Shown: positions 13,110 to 27,544, numbered from the whole stretch's first letter. The stretch is DNA of 63,990 nucleotides, filler included, from Octopus bimaculoides (GCF_001194135.2; 6 parts of 6 records of this genome joined end to end with filler, not necessarily neighbours in it); one strand, 5' to 3'. Notes: generated from the sequence alone by a model not told the origin. Numbers and translations are program-made.

Positions 13110-13250
13110 CGAGACTCAGCAATAGAGCGGCTTGAACACGTACCTTTTACTTGTCTGTCAGTCTTGTTTGTGGCGCATATGCAGAGATTATTGGTGTTAT
13201 GCTGCCTGCGACTTGTCTAAACTTGACAGTTCTGGCACATACTCTGACTA
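13110..13250 (-). mobile_element. LINE apurinic endonuclease remnant (RTE-like)
   Basis: Minus frame ...ITPIISAYAPQTRLTDK matches the conserved APE 'ISAYAPQ' motif. Confidence 0.6.
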
Positions 13251-13431
13251 CCTTAGACAGAGAGGGGGAAAGGAGAGAGATAGGGGTACAATAACAAACT
13301 GGGATGATTGCCAATAACAAGACGATACAAAAATTCAATAAAGGGTTAAAATTCATCTGGCGCTCTTGCTGGCCGCTGCTGGAACGTGTTTTCATCTCTC
13401 TTTGATATTAAGTGTGTTTTAACACAGCAAT

Positions 13432-13650
13432 ACGGCGAGTTGGCAGAATCGTTATCGCTCCGAGCAAAATGCTTTGCGGCATTTCGTTCGACTTTCTATG
13501 TTCTGAGTTCAAATTCCGCGCCGAGATCGACTTTGTCTTTCATCCTTTCGGGGTCGATAAAATAAGTACCAGGTGAATGCTGAGGTTGATGTAATCCACT
13601 AGTCCCCTCCCCCAAAACTTCAGGCTTTGAGCCTATTACAGAAAGGATTA
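13432..13650 (+). mobile_element. SINE family A
   Basis: Head and core match the other family A copies. Confidence 0.85.
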
Positions 13651-14895
13651 TCTTAGGACAAACACTGCAGTAACTAGCTTATCGATAGTTTTTATACGGT
13701 TATGTCACATAGATGGCTATTTGAATCATAATTGCTTTTAATATAGGCGCGAAGTCAGAAATCTGACGTAGTAGGAAGGAAATTGACCTCAATACATGAC
13801 TGNNNNNNNNNNNNNNNNNNNNNNNNNNNNNNNNNNNNNNNNNNNNNNNNNNNNNNNNNNNNNNNNNNNNNNNNNNNNNNNNNNNNNNNNNNNNNNNNNN
13901 NNNNNNNNNNNNNNNNNNNNNNNNNNNNNNNNNNNNNNNNNNNNNNNNNNNNNNNNNNNNNNNNNNNNNNNNNNNNNNNNNNNNNNNNNNNNNNNNNNNN
14001 NNNNNNNNNNNNNNNNNNNNNNNNNNNNNNNNNNNNNNNNNNNNNNNNNNNNNNNNNNNNNNNNNNNNNNNNNNNNNNNNNNNNNNNNNNNNNNNNNNNN
14101 NNNNNNNNNNNNNNNNNNNNNNNNNNNNNNNNNNNNNNNNNNNNNNNNNNNNNNNNNNNNNNNNNNNNNNNNNNNNNNNNNNNNNNNNNNNNNNNNNNNN
14201 NNNNNNNNNNNNNNNNNNNNNNNNNNNNNNNNNNNNNNNNNNNNNNNNNNNNNNNNNNNNNNNNNNNNNNNNNNNNNNNNNNNNNNNNNNNNNNNNNNNN
14301 NNNNNNNNNNNNNNNNNNNNNNNNNNNNNNNNNNNNNNNNNNNNNNNNNNNNNNNNNNNNNNNNNNNNNNNNNNNNNNNNNNNNNNNNNNNNNNNNNNNN
14401 NNNNNNNNNNNNNNNNNNNNNNNNNNNNNNNNNNNNNNNNNNNNNNNNNNNNNNNNNNNNNNNNNNNNNNNNNNNNNNNNNNNNNNNNNNNNNNNNNNNN
14501 NNNNNNNNNNNNNNNNNNNNNNNNNNNNNNNNNNNNNNNNNNNNNNNNNNNNNNNNNNNNNNNNNNNNNNNNNNNNNNNNNNNNNNNNNNNNNNNNNNNN
14601 NNNNNNNNNNNNNNNNNNNNNNNNNNNNNNTTTATTTATTTTTTTTTTTATTTACGCGGCACCTTGCGACACTTCTGCTATGGTTTCGGACAGACAAGTG
14701 TCTTGTAAGTAAATTTGGAAGACGTAAACTGTGAGAGAGCCCATAGTATATAAGTTTGTATGTGTGTCCGGCAGACGCAACTGAGGCAATTTTTAATTAA
14801 AACAGCCATCTGTGTATCATACTTAATATATATACACACTGTCGATAGGCCAGTTACTGCAGTATTTGTCCTGGAATAACTTCTCTTATAGACTT

Positions 14896-15120
14896 AAGGC
14901 GGCGAGCTGGCAGAATCGTTACCGCGCCCGGCGAAATGCATAGTGGCATTTCATCCGATTTTACGTTCTGAATTCAAATTACCCCGAGGTCGATTTTACC
15001 TTTCATCCTTTGAGGTGTCTTTAAGATAAATACCAGTCGAACTCTGGGGGCCAATGTAATTGACTTACCCCTTCCCCGAAATTGCTGGCCTTGTGCCAAA
15101 ATTTGAAACCAATATCTATT
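14896..15120 (+). mobile_element. SINE family A
   Basis: GGCGGCGAGCTGGCAGAATCG head plus core. Confidence 0.85.
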
Positions 15121-17741
15121 ATATTAGTACATATTAATGTACTGATATTGTAGAAAGTACATATAGTAGTACATATTAACGTACTAATATTAAGAGCGGT
15201 AAAAATTCGTAACAGCAGCGGCCAGCAAGACCACCAGATGCATTTCTGTCTTTTGACCCCTTTCCAATGATGTGTACTCGCAGCCAGCCACACTCTCGGA
15301 CGAGAATTCACCGTCTCTAATATCGGAAAGAGCCAATAAAACATTAAATCAGTTAGCTAGCTGGTATAAGGTTTAATAGCAGTAGAGCTGGAAATTTGAT
15401 TATCTTTTATCTCCCTTGCTTGTGGTTTTATCATTTCAAAGTAGCAGGAGATTATTTAAATTTAATGTCATATAATCTTTTAAAGGAGAGCAGACGTGCT
15501 AGTGTGACCATAAATTTATAAATGGCAACATTAAATAAAGAATCATGGCAACTTTACTTCGCGCTGCTACTTTAGCTAATCGTCTTCCAGTATCAGAATC
15601 ATGTACATTCATTTATATATCATATCATATCATATATATACATATACATATATATACATATATATATCATGCATACATGCATACATACATACATGTACTA
15701 ACCATCTGTGAGCCATACTTAACGTACTTACACCACTGAAAGGCGTGATGTTGTGGTTTTCACACAAATCACTGAAAGAAAATCTCTTCCTATGCATGCT
15801 GTGTTACAAACACAGTATATATCAGAGTGAAGCGAACATCGGACATCGTCCCACTCGTGACTCACGGGAACGGTATGGTGCGCAGATGTCTAGGTTTGAT
15901 TTTAATGCAGCTTCAGTTGCGTACAGCGAATTTATTTCACTCTGGCAAGCTTTTTACAATATCAGTGAATGTATTTTTCCCTGTTCGCTGTATATCGGAG
16001 GGGACAAATTCCATCTGGGCATGTGATGACTAGGTACACATCATTAAAAGAGCCTAAAAAGCGGAAACATGTCTGACGTTCTGAGCACTGGGGTCGATGT
16101 AATCGACTAAACCTCTCCCCCAAAATTTGCTAGTCCTGTGCCAAAATGCGAAAGGATCATTAAGTTTGTGTTGGAACATAAATTATATAAAATTTTAACG
16201 GAAAGAGATCGCTTTTTTTCTTTTCCTAGAACCAATGGCAGTATCACGTTCTCAGACTTGACTATTCATATGCAACCCCCACTTAGGCATCCCTGTTACA
16301 CTTGAACTTCCCGCTCTCGGCACTTATGATATGTCCAACACCCCAAGTTTCACACAAATCACTATGCCCAATCCTTCCTTTCCAAAACTCCCTCCTGTTT
16401 ATGCCTTTCCTGTCGGTGTTTACGTGCAATAGTTTAAGAACATTAGTAACATCGATCTCATCGATCTCGAAAAGTCTGCAAAGGCCATGAGCACTTCCCT
16501 TTCATGCAGATCCAGCAAACCAACAGACAAAAAGGAAGAAATTAATCTCAAAAGGAAATTCAAGGACCGAGGAGTCCCCTCATCAACACTCGGAAAAAGA
16601 AAGTTGAATGAAGAATATTTTAAAATACAGGGTTTTTTTCTTTTTTTTTTTTTTTTTTTTTTTTTTCTTATTCTCTAATTTTTTTACATTTAGAAAACTT
16701 CATCAAAAGCTCTGAGGTAGAAGTAAAACATCCTGGTCTGTAAAAACACTAAAAGACATGATTTTTAATCATCTGCAGAAATTTGGGAACATATTTTTCT
16801 CAGAAATAGCTGCAGAATTTAGAAAATCAGTTGTGAATAGTTAATTCTTTTGTCAGCAACCACTTTAAGCGAACAGTTTTTGGGAAAATGTCCTAAGTTT
16901 TAGCAAAGCTTCGTTATAATAATAATTCTTTTTGTGTTTTTTTCTAATCAATAATCGAACTTTAGACTAGTTAAAATATGTTTGTGACATATTTTGACTT
17001 TTAAAGGCAAAAACACGGCAGTTACCGTGGTAAGCCCGTTTATTCGTAACCAGATTTTTTTCTCCACAATAACTGCAGTATATTTGCCTTTAGAAGTTAA
17101 AGCTATGTCATATACATATTTTAACTAACCTAAAGTTCGTTTATTCCTAATCACTGCTTGGCGGTAATGTTGTTATAATTATAAATAACTAGCGGGATCC
17201 GTGAATATTTCACGGAGTTAATGGTAAACCTATTGAGTTATTTCTAGAAACTTTATCCAAAAAGTGTAGCCTGTGTTGTGTCTGTATGGAAAGATAGTCG
17301 CTCGTCTGCTACTCATTGAAAAGTGAAAGAAATTGGAATACGATGATTACTTAGTGCACTTTATATACTTTATGCACAATTTTATAAACTTAATACGCAG
17401 CACTCATAAAATAAATATTCACTCGTATTTTTTCCATTTTCCCCATAAACAAAAAAATATCCCGTATATATGATACAACTTTCAGTTATATATCTGTATA
17501 TATCTGCCACGTAAATAAGCGTGAATATTTCCCGGAATTGCACTTATGCGCATGTTATGTGAAAGATAATATAAATAGAATAAAAATCTTAGCTCAATTT
17601 TTAAAAAAATACATTTTTCTCTACCCACGTACCACCGCTACCTCCACCACCACCATCATCATCTATCTCTCCCTCCCTCCCTCTCCCTATCTCTCTCTCT
17701 CTCTCTTTCTCTCCCTCTCTCTCTCTATATATATATATATA

Positions 17742-17786
<45 letters not shown>

Positions 17787-18177
17787 CTTTCTTTAACCAT
17801 CAGAACATCATCCCTCTGCTAAAATTATATTTTTAACTCTATATCACTACCTTCAACTAACATTTTTAACCGCGTCATAAATATTACGTTTCCCCTACCA
17901 CACGTCATGGACGCTTTTTTCTCTCTCTGTCTTTTCTCTCTCCCTCTTTCTGTCTCACTCTTCGCTTTATCCTCTTTTTCTCTCTCGTCTCTTTCCCTTC
18001 AACTAATCACGTAAAAGCGTTTCAATTACACGTTATGGACGCGTCTCTCTCGCTTTTTCTCTCTCTCTCTTTTCTTTCTCTCTCTTTTTCTCTAATCACG
18101 TGAAAGCGTTACCGACCGGCTATGTAACGTAATGACAAGTAGAATTATGTTAATAATTATGAGCTTAAGAGGAAATA

Positions 18178-18399
18178 TTGGGCTGTCCGGAAAATTCGTG
18201 CCGATTTTTAAAGGAAAGAAAAATAAATACTTGCCATTACATTTTTAATCAACCAAATGTGAAACATTTTGTTGCACAATGTGTCTCCATCTTTCCTTTA
18301 ACTTGAAAATACCCTCTTCCCAGAATTGAGATGGTTTCATGGCAAAAATGGCGAAAGGTAAGCTATTATAAATCGGCACGAACTTTCCGGACAACCCAA
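18178..18399 (-). mobile_element. mariner-derived MITE (both TIRs plus transposase C-terminus)
   Basis: TIRs TTGGGCTGTCCGGAAAATTCGTGCCGATTT / AAATCGGCACGAACTTTCCGGACAACCCAA with TA flanks; the interior encodes FWEEGIFKLKERWRHIVQQN. Confidence 0.9.
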
Positions 18400-18606
18400 T
18401 ACAAAGCAATAAGTCAAGTAAAGAAAGACAGAAATGATAGCTAAAATCACATCTGATGTATACAGAATAAATGACAAGGCAGAAAAGCGAACAGTAAAAG
18501 AGCAACAAAGAGGGAAAATGACATGGACATGTTCGGAGTATTGTTGATGAATTTGGCGGGGAAAAGTAAAAGAAGGGATAAAACTGAGCAATAAGTCAAG
18601 TAAAGT

Positions 18607-18853
18607 AGAGGCGCGTGCCTTAGTGGTTAAGGTGTTAGACTCATGATTATAAGATTGTGGTTTCGATTCCTGGACCGGGCGATACGTTGTGTTTTTAAGT
18701 AAGACACTTCATTTCACGTTGCTCCAGTGCACTCAGCTGGCAAAAATGAGTAATCCTGCGACGGATCGGCGTCCCGTCCAGGTGGGGGATTTATACGGCA
18801 GTGAAGCCGGGAAACCGGCCCTTATAAGCCTGGCATGACTCGAGCAGGACACA
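18607..18853 (+). mobile_element. tRNA-derived SINE, family C, followed by (TTC)n
   Basis: A box GCCTTAGTGGTTAAGG and B box GGTTTCGATTCC; long TTC tail at 18855-18950. Confidence 0.85.
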
Positions 18854-19104
18854 TTTCTTCTTCTTCTTCTTCTTCTTCTTCTTCTTCTTCTTCTTCTTCT
18901 TCTTCTTCTTCTTCTTCTTCTTCTTCTTCTTCTTCTTCTTCGTCTTCTTTTTAAGTCAAGTAAAAAAAGACAGTAATGGTAACCAAAAGTACATGCATAG
19001 TACACAGGATAAAGCATAAAAAGACAGACAAGTGAACAGTAAAAGAACTATAATGATAAAAGGGTGTTTTGTCTCTTTTTTTTCTGCTTAAATCAACAAA
19101 ATTA

Positions 19105-19524
19105 CCGTAAATCCTCGAGTACAATCCGCACATTTTTCCCAAAATTTAAAGGTCAAAATTTCTAGTGCGTACTATATACGAGGTTAAAAATGAAAAATAT
19201 TTTCTAAGCAAAATTTTCTAAGTGATAAATATGTAAAAGCAATTTACTTAATATTTATTTTTCACTGACGTTATTATTGTTATTTCTTTATTTTCTGCAA
19301 AGTGCACAAAAAAGCTACACGTTTGCATTATGTTATCTATACAATAATAATAAAGGACGTTACCGCATATACGTTTACAAACCAAGGACGTTATATAGAC
19401 CTCCTTGTCTCAAGTTAGAGGAGGGGTGCGTATTATACACAAGGTTTAGGTTTTCAGAGGTACACCCCGCTAAAAATCCCCTGTGTATTATACTCAAGGG
19501 CGGACTATACTCGAGGATTTACGG
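19105..19524. mobile_element. Tc1/mariner superfamily (pogo/Tc2-like) MITE
   Basis: TIRs CCGTAAATCCTCGAGTA(C)AATCCGC / GCGGACTATACTCGAGGATTTACGG with TA flanks. Confidence 0.85.
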
Positions 19525-19899
19525 TATATACAAAATTATAAAGAAGGTAGAGTATATCAAACATTATCAGAACAAAAAAATGTAGACAAGGGTGAACAAA
19601 CTTTTGTAACAAAAACTGGAGAATCAAAAATACTGAAATAGTTCGAGAATTGCTAGATGGGAGAAATATCCTTAGAGTTAGTACTGAAATTGCGTGTACA
19701 ACTACCACTCCAGCAACACTGCAAACACTTCTGAAGCTACCATTACAGATAGCATTTAACCTAACACTGGAAAAGTCGCGGCAACTTTCGCCATAATCAG
19801 ATTTACAAATACCACTTCAATGGCTACTGCAATCACCATGGTAAATAACACTACAATCACTAATGGGATTACCACTACAAATTACCCCTGTAATTAGTG

Positions 19900-20320
19900 C
19901 AGAGATCGCTACTGCAATTACCACTGCAAATACCATTATAATTAACACTGCAATAGCCACTGCAATGCAATTGCTACTATAATCACCACTACAATCGCTA
20001 CTACAATCGCCACTGCAATCACCACTGCAATCGCCGCAGCAATCGCCACTACAATCACCACTACAATCACCACTAAAATTACCACTACAACCGACACCAC
20101 AATCGCCACTGCAATCGCCACTGCAATCACCACTGCAATCGCCACTACAATCGCCACTGCAATCGCCACTACAATCGCCACTACAATCGCTACTACAATC
20201 GCCACTGTAATCGCCACTACAATTACCACTACAATCGCCACTGCAATCGCCACTGCAATCGCCACTACAATCACCACTACAATCAATGCTACAATTACCA
20301 CTAAAATGACAATTTCAGTT
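19900..20320. repeat. 12-bp minisatellite (GCCACTACAATC / ACCACTGCAATC)
   Basis: More than 20 visible tandem 12-mers, degrading at both ends. Confidence 0.9.
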
Positions 20321-21079
20321 AATAATGCAATCACCACAACGGTCATCACTGTATGACATTACTACTACTTTCCCCACCACATCTACCACCATTTCCACAA
20401 CTCCCACTACTACTACTACTACCACCACTTCTACTACCACTCCAACCACAATGCCACCATTACTCTCACCACTACTGCTATTATCACTCTCATTAACTAC
20501 CGCCGTTCCCACAACTTTCACTACTACCCACTACCACCACTGTCACTACTCCTACCACAATGCTACCACCACTACAATCGTTGCATTCAGCACTACCACC
20601 ATTGCTACCACCATTCCCACAGCCTCCACTTCCATCCACCACTACCATCCACCACTGCTTCTACTACCACAATGTTGCCACTACTCCTACCGCGACTGTT
20701 ACCATTACTCTCACCACTTCCGCCAATGCTACCACAAGCTACCACCACACATACCTTCACTCAGACCACCACTGCAACTACCAATACCAAACCACCGCCA
20801 CTGTTAGTGTTACAAACTACATACACTGCATATACAACAATAACCACAACAACAACAACACAATTGTGGAACCAGTCAATGCGTTTCAATGCGGTCGAGA
20901 TATCTGCTAGAAATAACAGCCAAATTCTCTCAACTCCATTTTGGTGACTTATAAGAACAACATATTAGACGATGCAGGCCTGGATATAAGGAAGACGGAG
21001 TCGTCATGGTTGGAATGTTTTGATCATAGTTCTGCTCAATCAGAGTTGACCAGGGGTTTAAGAAACAATAACAACATTG

Positions 21080-21319
21080 ATTTTATCGTTAACAATAAGA
21101 ACAATGGCAGCGGTATTAACCACAACAACAACAACAACAACATCGGTAGCAACAACAGCAACAGAGGCAACGAATATAACAGCAACAACAACAACAACAG
21201 TAGCAGTAATAACAATGGTAGCAAATACAACAACAACAGCAACAACAAAGAACATTAACTGCAGCAACTACAATACTAACAACAACAACAGCAACAACAA
21301 CGACGAACAGTAACAGCAA

Positions 21320-21369
<50 letters not shown>

Positions 21370-21480
21370 GTAACAACAACAACAACAACAATAGCAGCAG
21401 CAGCAGCAGCAATTTCAATACTAGCTATAATAACAACAACGAAATCAGCAGCTGCAGCAACAACGACAACAAAAACGTTT
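21080..21480. repeat. compound (CAA)n/(CAG)n microsatellite
   Basis: Direct reading of the sequence. Confidence 0.9.
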
Positions 21481-22521
21481 AGGCAGAAACCACTAAGCTG
21501 CGCCGATAGAGCAGGTTGTTAAAGTGGCGGTGGATGCAAATGATGATGATGANNNNNNNNNNNNNNNNNNNNNNNNNNNNNNNNNNNNNNNNNNNNNNNN
21601 NNNNNNNNNNNNNNNNNNNNNNNNNNNNNNNNNNNNNNNNNNNNNNNNNNNNNNNNNNNNNNNNNNNNNNNNNNNNNNNNNNNNNNNNNNNNNNNNNNNN
21701 NNNNNNNNNNNNNNNNNNNNNNNNNNNNNNNNNNNNNNNNNNNNNNNNNNNNNNNNNNNNNNNNNNNNNNNNNNNNNNNNNNNNNNNNNNNNNNNNNNNN
21801 NNNNNNNNNNNNNNNNNNNNNNNNNNNNNNNNNNNNNNNNNNNNNNNNNNNNNNNNNNNNNNNNNNNNNNNNNNNNNNNNNNNNNNNNNNNNNNNNNNNN
21901 NNNNNNNNNNNNNNNNNNNNNNNNNNNNNNNNNNNNNNNNNNNNNNNNNNNNNNNNNNNNNNNNNNNNNNNNNNNNNNNNNNNNNNNNNNNNNNNNNNNN
22001 NNNNNNNNNNNNNNNNNNNNNNNNNNNNNNNNNNNNNNNNNNNNNNNNNNNNNNNNNNNNNNNNNNNNNNNNNNNNNNNNNNNNNNNNNNNNNNNNNNAA
22101 TGTTGATGTTCGTGATAGTCTTGGCCTTTAGTGATGATAATGTTGGTGATGTTGATGCTGCTGCTGCTGTTGGTGGTGGTGGTGGTGGTGGTGGTGGTCG
22201 TCGTCGTCGTCGTCGTCGTCGTGGCGGCGGCGTCGGCGGCGGCGTCGGCGGCGGCGGCGGCGGCGGTGGTGGTAGTTGTGGTGGTTGTGGTGGTGGTAGA
22301 CTCGACTCCCCCGTTACGGCAAAACTATTACTATTACCATATTTGGTTGTCACTACATTTCTCCATTGCACAAGCTGCCCGGATGGCCTTCTTTCTCAGG
22401 CAAAGACAGTGTGATGGAAAGAGAGGAACGCTGACACACGCGCGCGCACACACACACTCACACACACACATACACACACACATACGCACATATATATATA
22501 TATATTCCCACACATAAATAT

Positions 22522-22614
<93 letters not shown>

Positions 22615-23346
22615 CATATATATTTATATATATGTGTGTGTGTGTGTGTATATATATATGTTCACATGTATAATATATATGCAGATAGATAGATAGATAG
22701 ATAGATTCCTAATATGCATATAGATAGAAAGATGGATAGCTTATATGTATAACATACAGACATACACATGCAAGTAAGATAGTAAAGACAGCAGAAGAGA
22801 GAGGGAGAGAGAGGGAGACAGAAAGACAGAAAGACAGAAAGACAGACAGGTAGGGAGGTAGGTACATAGAGATAGAGAGAGAGAGGAGAGGGAAGAGGTA
22901 GAGAAAGGAGGATTAATGAAGAACGAATGGTATAGATAGATTGATGACCGTATAGGAGAGAGAGGGGGGTGGGCTCGTCGGAGAGAAGAAAGATTGAGAA
23001 AGAAAGGAAGAGAGAGAGAGAGAGAGTGAGAGAGAGAGAGAAAGAGAAAGTGGTGGTGGGGAGAGCAGTGGGAGATTTTTGAGTGAAGGTAACCGACTGC
23101 AGTTTAAGAGTTTGAGAATGGTAGAAAGGACGTCTGAGGGTGGATGGTGGTGACAGAGGCGGGGGGGGTGATGGTGGTGACAGCCTAGGGTGGTGGTGGT
23201 GGTGATGGAGATGGTCGTGGGNNNNNNNNNNNNNNNNNNNNNNNNNNNNNNNNNNNNNNNNNNNNNNNNNNNNNNNNNGGGGGTCGCGAAACGGGTGAGA
23301 AATATGTGCAATTCCGATAGAACACACGTGTGTGCACATATATATG

Positions 23347-23379
<33 letters not shown>

Positions 23380-23446
23380 GTGTATATGTGTGTATGTATG
23401 CATGTATGTGCGTATGTACATTTATGTGTATATGTATGTATATACA

Positions 23447-23481
<35 letters not shown>

Positions 23482-23554
23482 AATATATGAGTATATGCAT
23501 ATATATGTACATGTATGTATATACGTTCATCCACATGTACATATAGATACATAA

Positions 23555-23685
23555 CTGGGTACATGACGTGGCAAAAGAACATGGACAAAATAGTAAACAA
23601 GGTGCAACAAACAAGCAGGCCACATAGAAACATCCCCTTCATCAGCTGCCACCATTAAAACCCCGGCGTTTCGAAGAATTAAGGC
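23555..23685. mobile_element. second copy of the 2715-3105 repeat
   Basis: TGGGTACATGACG...GGCCACATAGA...CTTCATCAGCTGCCACCATT...GGCGTTTCGAAGA. Confidence 0.7.
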
Positions 23686-24222
23686 ATTCATACATGCATA
23701 CATACGTACATACATACATACATACATACATACATACATACATACATACATACATACATACAAACATATATACATGCATGCATGCATATATACATCCGCT
23801 CATACATTCATCATGCATTCATTCATATAGACATTCAAGCATACACTCATGTGTACAAACACACATTTGTATACCCGTACACACATAAATACAGAAATGC
23901 ATTCCAACATACATAGATACACACGTAAATGCATACATATATGCATACATGTATACATGCATACACGTATGCATACGTATATGTGTGAATTAATATATAC
24001 GCATATATATATAGCACTTAAAAATAGGAGAAAAGACAGGCAGTTCAGAGAGGAATACAGAAAGAAAGTTACATTGTGTGGCCGGGTTGAAAGGTGAAAA
24101 GAATGTATATTCGATAAAAGGATGTATATATAAAAAGCGGACTGCGCTAAACAGGTGTTTATCTACACACCAAAACGAAAAGTGTGTAGAATTTGTGTGT
24201 ATATGAGTGTATGGATGTGCAG

Positions 24223-24268
<46 letters not shown>

Positions 24269-24500
24269 AAAGCAGTTGCATTTGTGCAGTTCTTATGTTT
24301 GTCTATCTATCAGTCTATCATCTATCAGTCGATTTGTGTGTGTGTGTGTCTATCTCTATCAATCTATCTATCTTTCTATTTTTCTGTTTTCTTCCTCCTT
24401 CTCTCTCTCTCTCTCTCTCGCTCGTCTAACACACGAAAATGTGTGTGTATGTGAGCGTGCATGTACGTATCAATGCGTTAAGACTGCGTATATCTCATGT

Positions 24501-24531
<31 letters not shown>

Positions 24532-24913
24532 TGTGCATATGTACTTATGTGTATATACATACGTACATACATACATGCATACATACATAAATACATACAT
24601 ACATACATGCATGCATACAAACTCGCACGCACAAATACACACACACTAATACATATTATAAATGCAAGTAAACATGTGCGTTTGTGTGTGTGTGGATGTA
24701 TGTATGTATGTATGTATGTGTGTATCTTGTGTGTACGTATGCTCGCGATTGCATATGCGCTCGCACATATGAATGCATGTTTATAAATGCAGCAAATACG
24801 CGCGCGCGCGCGTGTGTTGTCCTTTATTTATATGTATATGAAATTGATAGACAGATAGACAGACAAAGAGACAAAGAGAAACACAGACAGACAGACAGAC
24901 AGACAGACAGACT

Positions 24914-24950
<37 letters not shown>

Positions 24951-26775
24951 ATTTTTTGTGAATGTGCATTTGTTAGTTAAAGAAATGAAAAGTGACAAAA
25001 TGTGACACGAGGAGGGAGACGAGACCTAGTGACAATCATTCATTTCCCCCAAATAACATCTGAAGCAGACGATATTTGAAAAATCCGTGCCTGGTAGGTC
25101 ATGGCACGTTGGCCAGGGTCACGGTGGCTTTCTTCCCTACGACGCCTATCAAGCTGCCCCAGCTAACGTCTGATTCAGCTGGTTTATGAGGCGTATCAGC
25201 CGTCACCAATCCCATATCATATCCAGGCATTGTGTATCTTGGACTACAATAATAATTGTGACTTTGGTCTCTTTTCTTTTTCTTTTCGGTTTTTATGACG
25301 GTGAGGTCGGCGTTCATTTGAGAAGGATTTGGCTGCTATATCTAGCAGGTCGACGGACCTCGATGATACTCAGTAGCAGTAGTTGTATCTGTTGTTTTTG
25401 ATTTTGTTCTTTTTTTTCCTCTTCTTCTTCCTTTTCTTCTTCCACTTCTTCTTCAACTACAACTACTTTTTCATCTTCTTAAGCTCTGATCGAGCAGACC
25501 TATGATCAAAGGCGTTCCAGCGGTGACCATCACTCCATTTATTCCTAGAAAAATGCATTTCGGACTACATTAACCAATAGAACATTACCTTGTTTTTATT
25601 AAAGCAGTGGGTGAGGGGTGTTGATTTGAGGACAATTTAGTTGCTATTTCTAGCGATTAAGGAACTGTGTAGGGGCTCCCCTCGACAGCTCTACCCCTCC
25701 GGAGTTGAATAGTGATGTTAATCGTGTGTTAACTGAATATCTTCGTATATACACTCGTGCATATATACACCGCACATACACACATCAGCTCACACACACG
25801 AATACATACATATATATATTTACCGAAAAGGTTTTTTCATACTGAGCTACCCGGCAAAATTGTTAATTATTAATTTTATTAATAATTGACGATTCCCTGC
25901 CCTGCATATNNNNNNNNNNNNNNNNNNNNNNNNNNNNNNNNNNNNNNNNNNNNNNNNNNNNNNNNNNNNNNNNNNNNNNNNNNNNNNNNNNNNNNNNNNN
26001 NNNNNNNNNNNNNNNNNNNNNNNNNNNNNNNNNNNNNNNNNNNNNNNNNNNNNNNNNNNNNNNNNNNNNNNNNNNNNNNNNNNNNNNNNNNNNNNNNNNN
26101 NNNNNNNNNNNNNNNNNNNNNNNNNNNNNNNNNNNNNNNNNNNNNNNNNNNNNNNNNNNNNNNNNNNNNNNNNNNNNNNNNNNNNNNNNNNNNNNNNNNN
26201 NNNNNNNNNNNNNNNNNNNNNNNNNNNNNNNNNNNNNNNNNNNNNNNNNNNNNNNNNNNNNNNNNNNNNNNNNNNNNNNNNNNNNNNNNNNNNNNNNNNN
26301 NNNNNNNNNNNNNNNNNNNNNNNNNNNNNNNNNNNNNNNNNNNNNNNNNNNNNNNNNNNNNNNNNNNNNNNNNNNNNNNNNNNNNNNNNNNNNNNNNNNN
26401 NNNNNNNNNNNNNNNNNNNNNNNNNNNNNNNNNNNNNNNNNNNNNNNNNNNNNNNNNNNNNNNNNNNNNNNNNNNNNNNNNNNNNNNNNNNNNNNNNNNN
26501 NNNNNNNNNNNNNNNNNNNNNNNNNNNNNNNNNNNNNNNNNNNNNNNNNNNNNNNNNNNNNNNNNNNNNNNNNNNNNNNNNNNNNNNNNNNNNNNNNNNN
26601 NNNNNNNNNNNNNNNNNNNNNNNNNNNNNNNNNNNNNNNNNNNNNNNNNNNNNNNNNNNNNNNNNNNNNNNNNNNNNNNNNNNNNNNNNNNNNNNNNNNN
26701 NNNNNNNNNNNNNNNNNNNNNNNNNNNNNNNNNNNNNNNNNNNNNNNCAGAACCATACGCGCATATATATGCACA

Positions 26776-26815
<40 letters not shown>

Positions 26816-27025
26816 GCAACTACATCTACAAAGGAATAACTGACATACTTGCACTCGTGGCAAGAGTGCACGTGCGAGTGAGCGCCTACACGCATGCGCA
26901 CATACACACACGCTCACATATACATCTACTCATACACACACATACAGGCACGATCACACATATCTGCACACATACCTTCATATACCTTTATTTACGTGTT
27001 TACCCTCTTTGTCTGTATATGACAT

Positions 27026-27077
<52 letters not shown>

Positions 27078-27099
27078 GTATGCGTGTGTATGTGTGTGT

Positions 27100-27110
27100 T
27101 GATAGCCTCG

Positions 27111-27142
<32 letters not shown>

Positions 27143-27163
27143 GGATAGATGGATGGATGGGTG

Positions 27164-27238
<75 letters not shown>

Positions 27239-27290
27239 GGATAGATGGATAGATGGATGGATGGGTGGATAGATAGATAGATAGATAGAG

Positions 27291-27322
<32 letters not shown>

Positions 27323-27362
27323 GGATGGATGGATGGATAGATGGATGGATGGATGGATAGAT
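27100..27362. repeat. (GATA)n/(GATG)n compound tetranucleotide array
   Basis: Direct reading of the sequence. Confidence 0.95.
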
Positions 27363-27544
27363 ATACACATGCATATGTACACATATATATACACACGTAC
27401 GCAAACACCCACAAACACGGCCACACGCACACGAAGACTTGCACAAATGTACATACACCTGTATGCATCGTACGCACAAGAACGCACACATATATACCAC
27501 ACACACACACACACACACACACACGCATACGCATATACATATTC

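Noticed and set aside
13147-13395. ORF with a signal-peptide-like stretch (MNFNPLLNFCIVLLLAIIPVCYC)
   Set aside because: Its C-terminal half is a LINE endonuclease remnant (IISAYAPQ); the hydrophobic part is most simply chance.
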